Virus record (IMG/VR): IMGVR_UViG_3300028534_000019
Span: 31,091-95,090 of that record
Strand: one strand, 5' to 3'
Length of the DNA stretch: 64,000 bases
Source of the DNA: a virus
Lineage: Duplodnaviria > Heunggongvirae > Uroviricota > Caudoviricetes
Made by a program: the position numbers and the translations under genes. Shown piece by piece: positions 49,693-58,670 of this stretch (position 1 is its first letter; each line of letters opens with the position of its first letter). The notes below the pieces were generated by a model, which saw only the letters and a list, made by a program, of their open reading frames with translations, was not told the DNA's origin and ran no database searches.

Positions 49693-52600
49693 ATGAGTGC
49701 TAACAAAAGAACTAATAAAAGAAAAACTTTTAAAAAACCTACATTAATAACTTTACCAAAAATAAAAGGTAGTGATTATAGAAATAAAGATAATTATGAA
49801 GAACCTAATGGTTTTAAAGAAAAAAAATCTAAACCATCATCTTTATTTGCTAAAATGGCTCAAGATTTAGCTAAGGTTAAAAAAGAGAATGAAGAATTAA
49901 ATAATAAACTTGAAAAAATTTATGAAGTTCAAAAAAACTCTAATGCTCAGATAATCAAAAACCAACAACAAAGTATAGATATACAGCACGACCAAATGGA
50001 ACAACAAAGAGAGGCTGAATATAAAAAAGAACATTCTTATGCTAAAAAAGTAAAAGAAAAAATAGTTTATATTAAAGAAAAAACTAAAGATTCTTTATCA
50101 AATGCTGGTGGAAAAATCAAGAATGGTTTTAATAAAGTAAAACAGAAAACATCAGGTTTTTTTGATTTTATAAAGAAAGCAGCGGGAATAGCATTATTTT
50201 TAAAACTTTTTTGGCCGGTGATTAAAAAGAAAGTGATACCTTATGTTAAAGATACACTAATACCTCAAATTAAAGATTTTTTAAATAATAAAGTAATACC
50301 ATTTTTTAAAGATACTGTAATACCCGGCTTAGAGAAATTTTTCAAAGATACACTTTGGCCGATGATAAAAAACAATTTTGGTGATATTTTAAAAGGGTTA
50401 GGTATAACAGCATTTTTGTTAAATCCTGTTAAATTTATAACAACAGCAATAAAATTGGCTTTTAAAACTACTTTTTTTGGAATTAAACAAATAGTAAAAT
50501 TATTACCTAAACTAGCAGGTTTTTTAAAATCACCAGCAAAATATTTAGCAACAAAAGGGTTAGATTTAGCTAAACAAGGTGCTACTAAGGTTTCTGATTT
50601 AGCTAAACAAGGTGCTACTAAGGTTTCTGATTTAGCTAAACAAGGTGCTACTAAGGTTTCTGATTTAGCTAGAGATGGAGTTGATGCTGTTTCTGATTTT
50701 ACAAAAAATGATAGTATAAGTGATATGGCTGAAAATGGTTATGATAAATTAAAAGACTCTAAAGGAAGTGGTGGTTTATTAGAAAAAATTAATAAAAAAA
50801 TTGATTCTATGAAAGAAAAAATAACAAAAATTTCAGGGTCTTTGATAGATAAAGGAATTGGTTTAGCTAAAAAATTACCATCAAGTTTTGGTGCCGCACT
50901 GAAAATGTTAAAACCACTAGCAAAACTTATTCCATTTTTAGGAACAGCATTAATGGTGTGGGATGTTATAGATTTATTTTTCCCTAATTTAACAAGTAAA
51001 CTCACAGAATTTTTTAGTTGGAAGAATATTAAAGAAATGGCTTCAAGTATATGGGAAAAAGTTAAAGAAGTATTTGGTAGTGTTTCTAAATGGATAAGTG
51101 ATAAATTTAGTGGTATAATTTCAAGTGTAAGAAAAATGGTAGGTAAATTATTTTTAATGAGTCCTATGACTGCATTGTTACCTGATTCTATTAAGAAAAA
51201 AGTATATAATTTTATTGTAGGAGATGATAAAGAAGCTAAAAAAGAAGAAAAATCTTCAGCTATGTTTAAAAAAGGTTATGCTAATGATGATTGGGGTGAT
51301 AATAGTATAAATGAACAAAAGATTAAAAAAGATTTAAAAACAGGTAAAATTAATATTAAAGATTTAGAAGCATTGTTACAATATGGGAATTTAGATGAAG
51401 ATGAACAAGATAAATTAAAGAAAATAATTTCTTCTAATACTAAAACTAAAAAAACTAAAAAAACTTTAGGTAATGTTTCATCTATTAGTAATACTACTGA
51501 TGTTAAAAAACCTCTAACAAAAGAACAAAAACAAGATAATTATATTAAATCTATGGATGCCCAAATTGGAGCATTTACAAAAACAAGAGATAAAATTAAA
51601 ACAGCACTTGATAATAAAGATTTAAGTCCTAAGAAAAGAAAAGGTTTAGAGAAAGCATTATCTTATTATGATACACTTATCAAGAAGAAACAAGAAAAGA
51701 AACAAAGTTTAGTAAAACATAAAAAACATAAAAAACCTACAAGAACATCAGAATCATCATATATGATGGCTGATGGGAAAGGTGGGAAAGTTCCAATAAC
51801 TAAAGAGCAACACGACAGAATGGATGCCATTCAAAATAAAATTTCTGTTGCTTTTGATGGTGGAAACAGTGAAGAAATAGATAAATTACTTAAAGAACAA
51901 GAAGATTTAAGAGCAACAATAATTAAAGAAGGATTTAAACCTTCACAAAGTATAAGTATTTCTAATACTTCTAGTAGTTCTAGTACAACAAATAATTCTT
52001 TTGGTAATGTTAGTAATGTTAGTAATGTAGGTAATACTTTTTTATCAGCAAAACCTAATACTGCTCAAAGTGTAGCAAATCCAAGTGAGTCTGAAACACC
52101 AAAAACAGATGGTTTTTTTACTTCTCAAATGAAACCTAGTTTTGATACAAAACCAAAAGATGTAAGTACAAGTGGTTTTAATCAATCACAAAGTAATGAT
52201 TTAGATGATAAAGAAAGAAAACAATTAAAAATGGAAAAAATACCTGCTAAAAAAATATTCAAATTAACAGGTAGTGCTTCAAGTGGTGGTTTTGAAAAAA
52301 TGAATAAATCATTACAACATAATGTTAAATTATTTGGTATGGAATATGCTGAAAAAACAGGAGAAAAACTAACTATTAATTCAGCATATAGAAGTGTTAA
52401 ATTACAAAAAAAATTATTTGAAAATAAGAAAAAAGAAGTAAGAAAAAAACACCCTGAATGGTCAGATAGTCAAGTTCTTAGGGAAACAAGAAGATGGGTA
52501 GCACCTCCAGGGAGAAGCGCACACAATTCAGGTTTAGCAATTGATATAGGTTATCAAAATAGAAAATCTCCATCAATGGATAAAGCAGATAGATTAGGTT

Positions 52601-53952
52601 TATTATCAAAATATGGTTTAACAAGGATGTTACCAAACGAGCCTTGGCATATTACACCATCAAGTTTAACAAAAACTGATTTAAAATCAGTTGCTAATGA
52701 AATAGAACAAGATGTAAAAGATGGTAATTTTACAGAAGATAATATTACAAAAGGAGTATATTTAGCTAAAGCAACAGGTTCTACAATATCAGATATGGAT
52801 GAGCCTGAATTACCAAGTACTTTAGCAAATTCTTTAACACAACCTAAAGAACAAAGTATAACTATACCTAATACAAGTAATGTAGCTAATACAAGTAATG
52901 TAGCTAATACAAGTAATGTAGCTAATACAAGTAATGTAGCTAATACAAGTAATGTAGCTAATACAAGTAATGTTAAAAATAAAAAAAATAAGTTTAAAGA
53001 ACTTGTTAAAAAAATTGATGGGTCAATAGTTTATGCTCAAAGAGGATTAAAAGATTTTGGTATAACTTCTCTTAATCCATCAGATATGGGAGAAGCAAAA
53101 AATAGTGGTGGTTTTGTTGGTAATGAGTCATTATATGATAAACAGGATTCTTTATATACTGATATGTTAAAAAGTCAAAAGGCTCAAAATAATATTGTAA
53201 AAGATTCTTATAATGCTTATAGTACAGTGGATGGTGCTATTAAAACTGAAAATGTACCTGATGGGTATGAAATATATACAACAGATGGTGGTGTATCTAC
53301 ATTAATTAAGAAACCTTTAGAAGATAGCAAGAATAATAAACCTATGGCTAAAGAAGTTGTAAAACAAGAACAACAAATACAACATAAACCTATGGCTAAA
53401 GAAGTTGTAAAACAAGAACAAAATCAAAGTGTATATAAAAAAGGGTTGAGTAAATTTGGTAAAATACTATCTAATCCATTTGAAAGTTTAGGTAATGGAA
53501 TAGAAAAAGTTGTTAGTAAAACACAAGATTTTGGTAACAAAGTTAAAGATGTATTAACTGATAATCCTATTGTTAATAAAGAGAAAGAAATAATAGATAA
53601 TGTTAGTGGTAGTATAAGTGGAATTTTTGGTGGAGTTGAGAATCATTTTGATGATATGAGTTCAAAAATTAAAGGTAAAGATAATATTAATTTATTAAAT
53701 GATAATAAATCATATTCTAAAGCACCTTTACAAAAAGCAAAAGTTAAAAAAACTTCAGCACCAAAAATAGATATTGATAATGTAGCCAAAAAACTATTAG
53801 CATCAAATAAAACAGAAACTAAACAAGTAAAAGATGAAAATAAAGCACCTATAATAATTAATCAGTCATCAGGTGGTGTTAGAAATGATGATGTTTCATT
53901 ACACGAAATAAAACCAAAACAAGATATGTTTGGTATTATGGAGATGTTATAA
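49693..53952 (+). CDS. Tail tape measure / tail length determinator (gp29-like role) with an embedded M15 peptidase domain
   Basis: 1419 aa, K/E-rich and helical, with hydrophobic segments near aa 160-270, internal tandem repeats, and a position between the hub chaperones and the baseplate genes. Confidence 0.75.
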   Translation: MSANKRTNKRKTFKKPTLITLPKIKGSDYRNKDNYEEPNGFKEKKSKPSSLFAKMAQDLAKVKKENEELNNKLEKIYEVQKNSNAQIIKNQQQSIDIQHDQMEQQREAEYKKEHSYAKKVKEKIVYIKEKTKDSLSNAGGKIKNGFNKVKQKTSGFFDFIKKAAGIALFLKLFWPVIKKKVIPYVKDTLIPQIKDFLNNKVIPFFKDTVIPGLEKFFKDTLWPMIKNNFGDILKGLGITAFLLNPVKFITTAIKLAFKTTFFGIKQIVKLLPKLAGFLKSPAKYLATKGLDLAKQGATKVSDLAKQGATKVSDLAKQGATKVSDLARDGVDAVSDFTKNDSISDMAENGYDKLKDSKGSGGLLEKINKKIDSMKEKITKISGSLIDKGIGLAKKLPSSFGAALKMLKPLAKLIPFLGTALMVWDVIDLFFPNLTSKLTEFFSWKNIKEMASSIWEKVKEVFGSVSKWISDKFSGIISSVRKMVGKLFLMSPMTALLPDSIKKKVYNFIVGDDKEAKKEEKSSAMFKKGYANDDWGDNSINEQKIKKDLKTGKINIKDLEALLQYGNLDEDEQDKLKKIISSNTKTKKTKKTLGNVSSISNTTDVKKPLTKEQKQDNYIKSMDAQIGAFTKTRDKIKTALDNKDLSPKKRKGLEKALSYYDTLIKKKQEKKQSLVKHKKHKKPTRTSESSYMMADGKGGKVPITKEQHDRMDAIQNKISVAFDGGNSEEIDKLLKEQEDLRATIIKEGFKPSQSISISNTSSSSSTTNNSFGNVSNVSNVGNTFLSAKPNTAQSVANPSESETPKTDGFFTSQMKPSFDTKPKDVSTSGFNQSQSNDLDDKERKQLKMEKIPAKKIFKLTGSASSGGFEKMNKSLQHNVKLFGMEYAEKTGEKLTINSAYRSVKLQKKLFENKKKEVRKKHPEWSDSQVLRETRRWVAPPGRSAHNSGLAIDIGYQNRKSPSMDKADRLGLLSKYGLTRMLPNEPWHITPSSLTKTDLKSVANEIEQDVKDGNFTEDNITKGVYLAKATGSTISDMDEPELPSTLANSLTQPKEQSITIPNTSNVANTSNVANTSNVANTSNVANTSNVANTSNVKNKKNKFKELVKKIDGSIVYAQRGLKDFGITSLNPSDMGEAKNSGGFVGNESLYDKQDSLYTDMLKSQKAQNNIVKDSYNAYSTVDGAIKTENVPDGYEIYTTDGGVSTLIKKPLEDSKNNKPMAKEVVKQEQQIQHKPMAKEVVKQEQNQSVYKKGLSKFGKILSNPFESLGNGIEKVVSKTQDFGNKVKDVLTDNPIVNKEKEIIDNVSGSISGIFGGVENHFDDMSSKIKGKDNINLLNDNKSYSKAPLQKAKVKKTSAPKIDIDNVAKKLLASNKTETKQVKDENKAPIIINQSSGGVRNDDVSLHEIKPKQDMFGIMEML
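50563..50661 (+). repeat. Perfect 33-nt tandem repeat x3 inside the tape measure (DLAKQGATKVS)
   Basis: GATTTAGCTAAACAAGGTGCTACTAAGGTTTCT starts at 50563, 50596 and 50629. A degenerate fourth unit follows (DLARDGVDAVS). Confidence 0.95.
52370..52660 (+). other. VanY/M15B-like peptidoglycan peptidase domain within the tape measure
   Basis: INSAYRSVKLQKKLF, WVAPPGRSAHNSGLAIDIGY and NEPWHITP give the SxYRS...PGxSxHxxGxAxD...WH pattern. Confidence 0.7.
52870..52974 (+). repeat. Perfect 18-nt tandem repeat x5 plus a partial sixth unit (NTSNVA) inside the tape measure
   Basis: AATACAAGTAATGTAGCT starts at 52870, 52888, 52906, 52924 and 52942. The sixth unit diverges to ...GTTAAA. Confidence 0.95.
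53338..53421 (+). repeat. 36-nt direct repeat x2 with a 12-nt spacer (KPMAKEVVKQEQ) inside the tape measure
   Basis: AAACCTATGGCTAAAGAAGTTGTAAAACAAGAACAA occurs at 53338-53373 and 53386-53421. Confidence 0.9.
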
Positions 53953-53975
53953 ATAATTTAAAAAGGTATTAATTT

Positions 53976-54686
53976 ATGATTTATCCATTAAATTTATTTA
54001 CACCAGACCCTATAACAAATAGCCTTAGACCATTTATGATGTTCTCAGCAAAAGAAGTCAATTTTAATGCTATGAGGGCTAAATCGTGGTCTGATGCTAA
54101 GGAAACATTATCAACAAAAATGATATTTGCTTTACCTATACCAAATACAGGTATTATGGATTCATTCCAAAATGAATATGGCAGTGAACCATCAGTTGGT
54201 GGTTTACTTGCTCAGAAAGCCCAAGATACTTTTAATGCACTTCCGGGTGCCGCTGGAATTTCATCAGCATCAGCAAGATTAGGCTTTGTTGCCGACCCTA
54301 AATATACTCAACTATACAAAGGTTCTTCACCTAGAAGTTGGAGTGGTACTTGGCAAATTGTTCCTGAATCATTAGGAGAATCACTTGTTGCTCATATGAT
54401 GTTAAGAGCAATTAAATATTGTGCCGCACCTGATAAAAAATCTGATGCTAGTAATAAAATAGGTGTATTAATACAGCCTTATGTTTTTTCAATAACAATT
54501 TCTAATCCTTTAATAGATAGAGCAGTAAAATTTGATAAAATGGTGATGAAATCTTATGATATTACTTATTATGCTCAAGGTTATGCTAGTTCTTATAAAG
54601 ATATGTTTCCAAAACAAATATCTTTATCATTAAAATTTGAAGAATTTGGAATTAAAACTAGAAAAGATTGGGGAAAACCTTTCTAA
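53976..54686 (+). CDS. Tail/baseplate protein (possibly a gp48/gp54-like tube cap or initiator)
   Basis: Positioned directly after the tape measure. FALPIPNTGIMDSFQNEYGSE is a weak resemblance only. Confidence 0.4.
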   Translation: MIYPLNLFTPDPITNSLRPFMMFSAKEVNFNAMRAKSWSDAKETLSTKMIFALPIPNTGIMDSFQNEYGSEPSVGGLLAQKAQDTFNALPGAAGISSASARLGFVADPKYTQLYKGSSPRSWSGTWQIVPESLGESLVAHMMLRAIKYCAAPDKKSDASNKIGVLIQPYVFSITISNPLIDRAVKFDKMVMKSYDITYYAQGYASSYKDMFPKQISLSLKFEEFGIKTRKDWGKPF

Positions 54687-54706
54687 TAAGAGAGTAAGGA
54701 AAAATA

Positions 54707-55216
54707 ATGAAAAATAAATATTTAGAATTTGATAATATGGATTTTATTGATAACAAACAAGTTAAGAATTTCACAAGGTTATCTTATTTACCTGATTTAC
54801 CTAAAGATTTTTGGGATAATTTTACATTTGATACATATTTAGTTGATGATGATGAATATATAGAAGGTATATCTTGGAGATTATATGAAACTACTGATTA
54901 TTGGGATGTATTAATGTTTCTAAATGGTATAACAAATTTTTATGATTTACCTAAAAATTTCAATGTTGTTGTAGAAAGAACTATGTCAAAAGTTGATAAA
55001 TGGAATCAGTTCTCAAATAAAAAGTTATCAGAAGAAGAAAAAGAGAAAAAATATAAAGAGTTATTAGATAAAGAAAATGAAAAAAATGAAAGATTTAGAC
55101 ATATTAAATATCTTACACCAAGTGGGTTATCTGATTTAGAACATTATTTAGATACATTTAAAGGTAAACCAAAAATATTACCTAACTTAATAATAAATCC
55201 ACCACAAGAAAACTAA
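54707..55216 (+). CDS. Hypothetical baseplate-cluster protein
   Basis: 169-codon ORF within the baseplate operon. Confidence 0.55.
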   Translation: MKNKYLEFDNMDFIDNKQVKNFTRLSYLPDLPKDFWDNFTFDTYLVDDDEYIEGISWRLYETTDYWDVLMFLNGITNFYDLPKNFNVVVERTMSKVDKWNQFSNKKLSEEEKEKKYKELLDKENEKNERFRHIKYLTPSGLSDLEHYLDTFKGKPKILPNLIINPPQEN

Positions 55217-55243
55217 ATATCTAAATATACTAAAGGAGTATAA

Positions 55244-56353
55244 ATGGGTTATAATATAGGGGTACAATCAAACCATTTTAAAGAATTTTCTTTAACAATA
55301 GATGGTATTAAGATAGTAGAAGAACAAATAATATCACTTATGATAAATTGGGATATTAATCACTTTAAAATAACAGGTTCTCTTAGTTGGAAAGATGGAA
55401 GTTGTATGGTAGAAGAAACACCGATTAGAGGTGGTAATACAGTAGTAATTAATATGACTGATTTTGATGGGGCTTCATATTCAGGGAACTTTAAAGTCTT
55501 AAATACAAATTATGAAAGAAGCACAGATTTTTATATAAGTACAATATCTTTTATTGATACAGAAAGTTTTAACATTTTAAAACTTTATCCAACAAAGTCT
55601 TGGCTTCAAGCAACTATGGTACAAATAATTGATGATGCCAAGACAGCAAAACCTTTCTTAACTTCAAAAGGTAAAGAATTTAATGACCCTGGTTTAATGC
55701 ACGAGAATTTTGTTGTGCCTCAAAATAAAAACTTTTATTGGACAATAGAGTGGTTAAAACAAAGAAATAATAGGTTAATGTTTCAAAATAGAGAGAAATA
55801 TATTATTGATGATTTTAATACATTAATAAACAAAGGTGTTAAAGGTAAGCCATATTATTTTAAAGCAAATAATGCTTCATATAAAAGAAATGTTTATGAA
55901 TATAGTGTAAAAAATTCAGATTTTATTAAGAATATAGCAACTATGCCAAATGTAGAATTTCCTTATTTTAATGTTGATTACAAACATAAACAACAAACAA
56001 AAGGCTCATATGCAGATGCTTCAGGTGCTATTGGTGGGCAAGGTACATTAAATGATTTTAGTTCAAATGGGGATAAATTTAGTTTTATATCAAATACAAA
56101 TTTTGAAGAAACTAAAGATTTTTATTTTCAGAAAAATGCTTTATCTAACTTAGTTGTAGAAATATTAGTTCCTGGGCAATGTAAAACAAATTTAGGTGAT
56201 GTAGTATGTTTAGAATTTGATAATTTATTTGAGGGAAAAGGTCCGGAAAAGAATATTAAAGGTAAATTTCTAATTGTAGGATTAACAGATATTTTTCAAA
56301 ATCCTGAATATTTACAAAAATTAACATTAGCAAGACCAAAATGGTTTAAATAA
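55244..56353 (+). CDS. Baseplate hub protein (gp27 / gpD-like), tentative
   Basis: Size and position immediately upstream of the gp5-like spike. AAAGGAG RBS. Confidence 0.5.
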   Translation: MGYNIGVQSNHFKEFSLTIDGIKIVEEQIISLMINWDINHFKITGSLSWKDGSCMVEETPIRGGNTVVINMTDFDGASYSGNFKVLNTNYERSTDFYISTISFIDTESFNILKLYPTKSWLQATMVQIIDDAKTAKPFLTSKGKEFNDPGLMHENFVVPQNKNFYWTIEWLKQRNNRLMFQNREKYIIDDFNTLINKGVKGKPYYFKANNASYKRNVYEYSVKNSDFIKNIATMPNVEFPYFNVDYKHKQQTKGSYADASGAIGGQGTLNDFSSNGDKFSFISNTNFEETKDFYFQKNALSNLVVEILVPGQCKTNLGDVVCLEFDNLFEGKGPEKNIKGKFLIVGLTDIFQNPEYLQKLTLARPKWFK

Positions 56354-56364
56354 AGGGATATTAA

Positions 56365-57435
56365 ATGAATGATATAATGTATAATAAGAGTAATTTAAAC
56401 TCAACTAAAATTTTTTATAGAGCAGTAATAGAAAATAGAGTTGACCCTAAAAAACTTGGTAGATGTCAAGTTAGAATATTAGGAATACACTCCGAAGAAG
56501 CCACAGGAGATAAAGTTCCAAAGGAGAACCTACCTTGGGCTGAGTTGATAGGAAGCAACGGTTATAACGGAGGTATGAGTGGTATAGGTATTAGTGCTGT
56601 ACCTGAGCAAGGTTCTTGGGTATGGGTATTCTTAGAAGATGGTGATTGGAATAAACCTATTATAGTAGGTACAATATATGGTATATCATCAATGTTAAGC
56701 CCCGGCACTAACCCCGGTTTTCACGACCCTGATGTACAATTTCCTTATGCTGATAGACTTAATGAGCCTGATTTTAATAGATTAGCAAGAAATGAAAAAG
56801 TAAATGAAACAATAATTATTACAATCAAGGATGCTAATAGAGATAAATCAATACCAACATCAACTGGTAAATTATGGGATGAATTGAAAGAAACTACTAC
56901 TTTAGCAGAATACCCAAATAATAGAGTGATAGAAACAAGACACCATTCTTATATAGAACTTGATGATACTGATGGTAATGAAAGATACCATTATATTCAT
57001 AAAACAGGAACTTATAGAGAAATAGTAGAAACAGGTGATGAAACAAACAAAGTAATAAGAGATAAGTACCTAATAGTTGATAGAAATCTTAAAGAATTAA
57101 TAAAGGGTAATATGTGGACTACTGTTTATGGTGATAATGAAGATTATGTACAAGGTTATAGAGAGATACTTGTTTCAGATTATCAACACGAAATAGTTGA
57201 AAAACATCTTAAAGAAGAATATATGGACTATAAAGAAGAAGATGTGCATAAATATCTAAAAGAGCATTATCATAGCACCAAAGATGAAACAGTTGATGGT
57301 ATGCTAACAGAGAAATATAATAGTACAAAAACAGAAACAGTGTCAGGTTTAGTAAGTGAGAGTTATAATTCAGGACAAACAACAGATGGCGGGCCGTTTA
57401 TACAAATAACAGCAGGTGTTATAACTCTTAACTAA
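56365..57435 (+). CDS. 5: Baseplate central spike (gp5 / gpV-like OB-fold plus beta-helix), no lysozyme domain
   Basis: FYRAVIENRVDPKKLGRCQVRILGIH...LPWAELIG...VPEQGSWVWVFLEDGDWNKPIIVGTIYG. The C-terminus has 8-residue-type repeats (KDETVDGMLTEKYNSTKTETVSGLVSESY). Confidence 0.85.
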   Translation: MNDIMYNKSNLNSTKIFYRAVIENRVDPKKLGRCQVRILGIHSEEATGDKVPKENLPWAELIGSNGYNGGMSGIGISAVPEQGSWVWVFLEDGDWNKPIIVGTIYGISSMLSPGTNPGFHDPDVQFPYADRLNEPDFNRLARNEKVNETIIITIKDANRDKSIPTSTGKLWDELKETTTLAEYPNNRVIETRHHSYIELDDTDGNERYHYIHKTGTYREIVETGDETNKVIRDKYLIVDRNLKELIKGNMWTTVYGDNEDYVQGYREILVSDYQHEIVEKHLKEEYMDYKEEDVHKYLKEHYHSTKDETVDGMLTEKYNSTKTETVSGLVSESYNSGQTTDGGPFIQITAGVITLN

Positions 57436-57446
57436 AAGGATAAAAA

Positions 57447-58292
57447 ATGGAATTAAAAGTAAAAGATTTTATTATAGATAAAAATATACCATTAGCACTA
57501 ATAGAAAATCCTGTTAAGGCAACGGCTTGTGCTGTAAAAGGTATGAAATTATATGAAGAAAGTAAAATTTTAAAAAGTTTGTTTAATATAGGAAGAATAA
57601 AATTAAGAGTTTTAAAACCAATATTAGAAGGACTTTTATTAATTGAAACTGTTAAAAATTTATCAGTAGTATTACCAAGTCCAACTAAGATTACAGAAGT
57701 AAATGCTAATGCTAGTATAAATTTACCTGAATGTTTGGTTGGTAAAAAAGTAACAGCAGTTGCTAATAAAATAAATAATTCTACATCAAAAGCAAGTGTT
57801 AGTGTAGAAATTAAGAATAATATTGATATAATGTCAGTAACAGCAGAAGATTATATAAACAAAACTGTTTCAGGGATTGTTAATAGTGTATATTTACCAT
57901 TCTTTTATTTACTTGATGAGTATAGATGGTTTATTCAAAAAACTGAGTTTGCTAAACTTTATAAAGAATGGAAAGAAGATTATAGTTGTTTTGTTAATAA
58001 TTGCGAACCACTAAAAGATATTGTAACAGATGATTCTTATATGTGGGAAGATAATAGAAGTCAATTTATTTTACCAATTGATATTAATTCAGGAAAATTA
58101 AGACTTTGGAAGATATTAGGAAATCCTAGTGAAACAACAAAAGATAAATGTTATGAAATAGAAAAAGAATATTATGATTTTACACAAAAAAGAAAAGAAT
58201 TAGCTCAACAAGGTAAGAAAATATTATATGAAAAAGGAATACCTGATGAAATAAACCCTTTTATAGAACTAATAAATAAATATAAAATATAA
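57447..58292 (+). CDS. Hypothetical baseplate-cluster protein
   Basis: 281-codon ORF between the spike and gp25-like genes. Confidence 0.55.
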   Translation: MELKVKDFIIDKNIPLALIENPVKATACAVKGMKLYEESKILKSLFNIGRIKLRVLKPILEGLLLIETVKNLSVVLPSPTKITEVNANASINLPECLVGKKVTAVANKINNSTSKASVSVEIKNNIDIMSVTAEDYINKTVSGIVNSVYLPFFYLLDEYRWFIQKTEFAKLYKEWKEDYSCFVNNCEPLKDIVTDDSYMWEDNRSQFILPIDINSGKLRLWKILGNPSETTKDKCYEIEKEYYDFTQKRKELAQQGKKILYEKGIPDEINPFIELINKYKI

Positions 58293-58303
58293 TAGGGTAT
58301 AAT

Positions 58304-58654
58304 ATGAGATATGTTGATATTAATAATAATTTAAAGTTAGATAAAGATTATAAAGCAGTAGAAAATTCTGTACATAATATATTATCAACAAGAAAAGGTT
58401 CAGTGCCAGGAGTTCCAAATTTTGGAAGTAATTTATATTCTATTGTTTTCAATCAACTAGACCCAATTATAGAAACAACAATAAAAAATGAAATAGTAGA
58501 AGCATTAGAATATTGGGAACCGAGAATTGATATTAAACATATAAATATCATTGAAGATGAAGATTATAACAGACTAAAAGTGTTCATAGGTTATGAGATA
58601 TTATATGATGTAATACAAAAAGAATATGAATATCTGTTTGTAATTAACAAATAA
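58304..58654 (+). CDS. 25: Baseplate wedge protein (gp25 / gpW-like)
   Basis: VENSVHNILSTRKGSVPGVPNFGSNLYSIVFNQLD...IKNEIVEALEYWEPRIDI is the GPW_gp25 signature. Confidence 0.85.
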   Translation: MRYVDINNNLKLDKDYKAVENSVHNILSTRKGSVPGVPNFGSNLYSIVFNQLDPIIETTIKNEIVEALEYWEPRIDIKHINIIEDEDYNRLKVFIGYEILYDVIQKEYEYLFVINK

Positions 58655-58670
58655 GGATATGGAGAAATAA

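Noticed and set aside
50563-53421. Tandem repeats as a possible CRISPR array or satellite.
   Set aside because: The repeats are contiguous with no unique spacers of CRISPR size. They are in frame within a single long ORF and encode peptide repeats of the tape measure.
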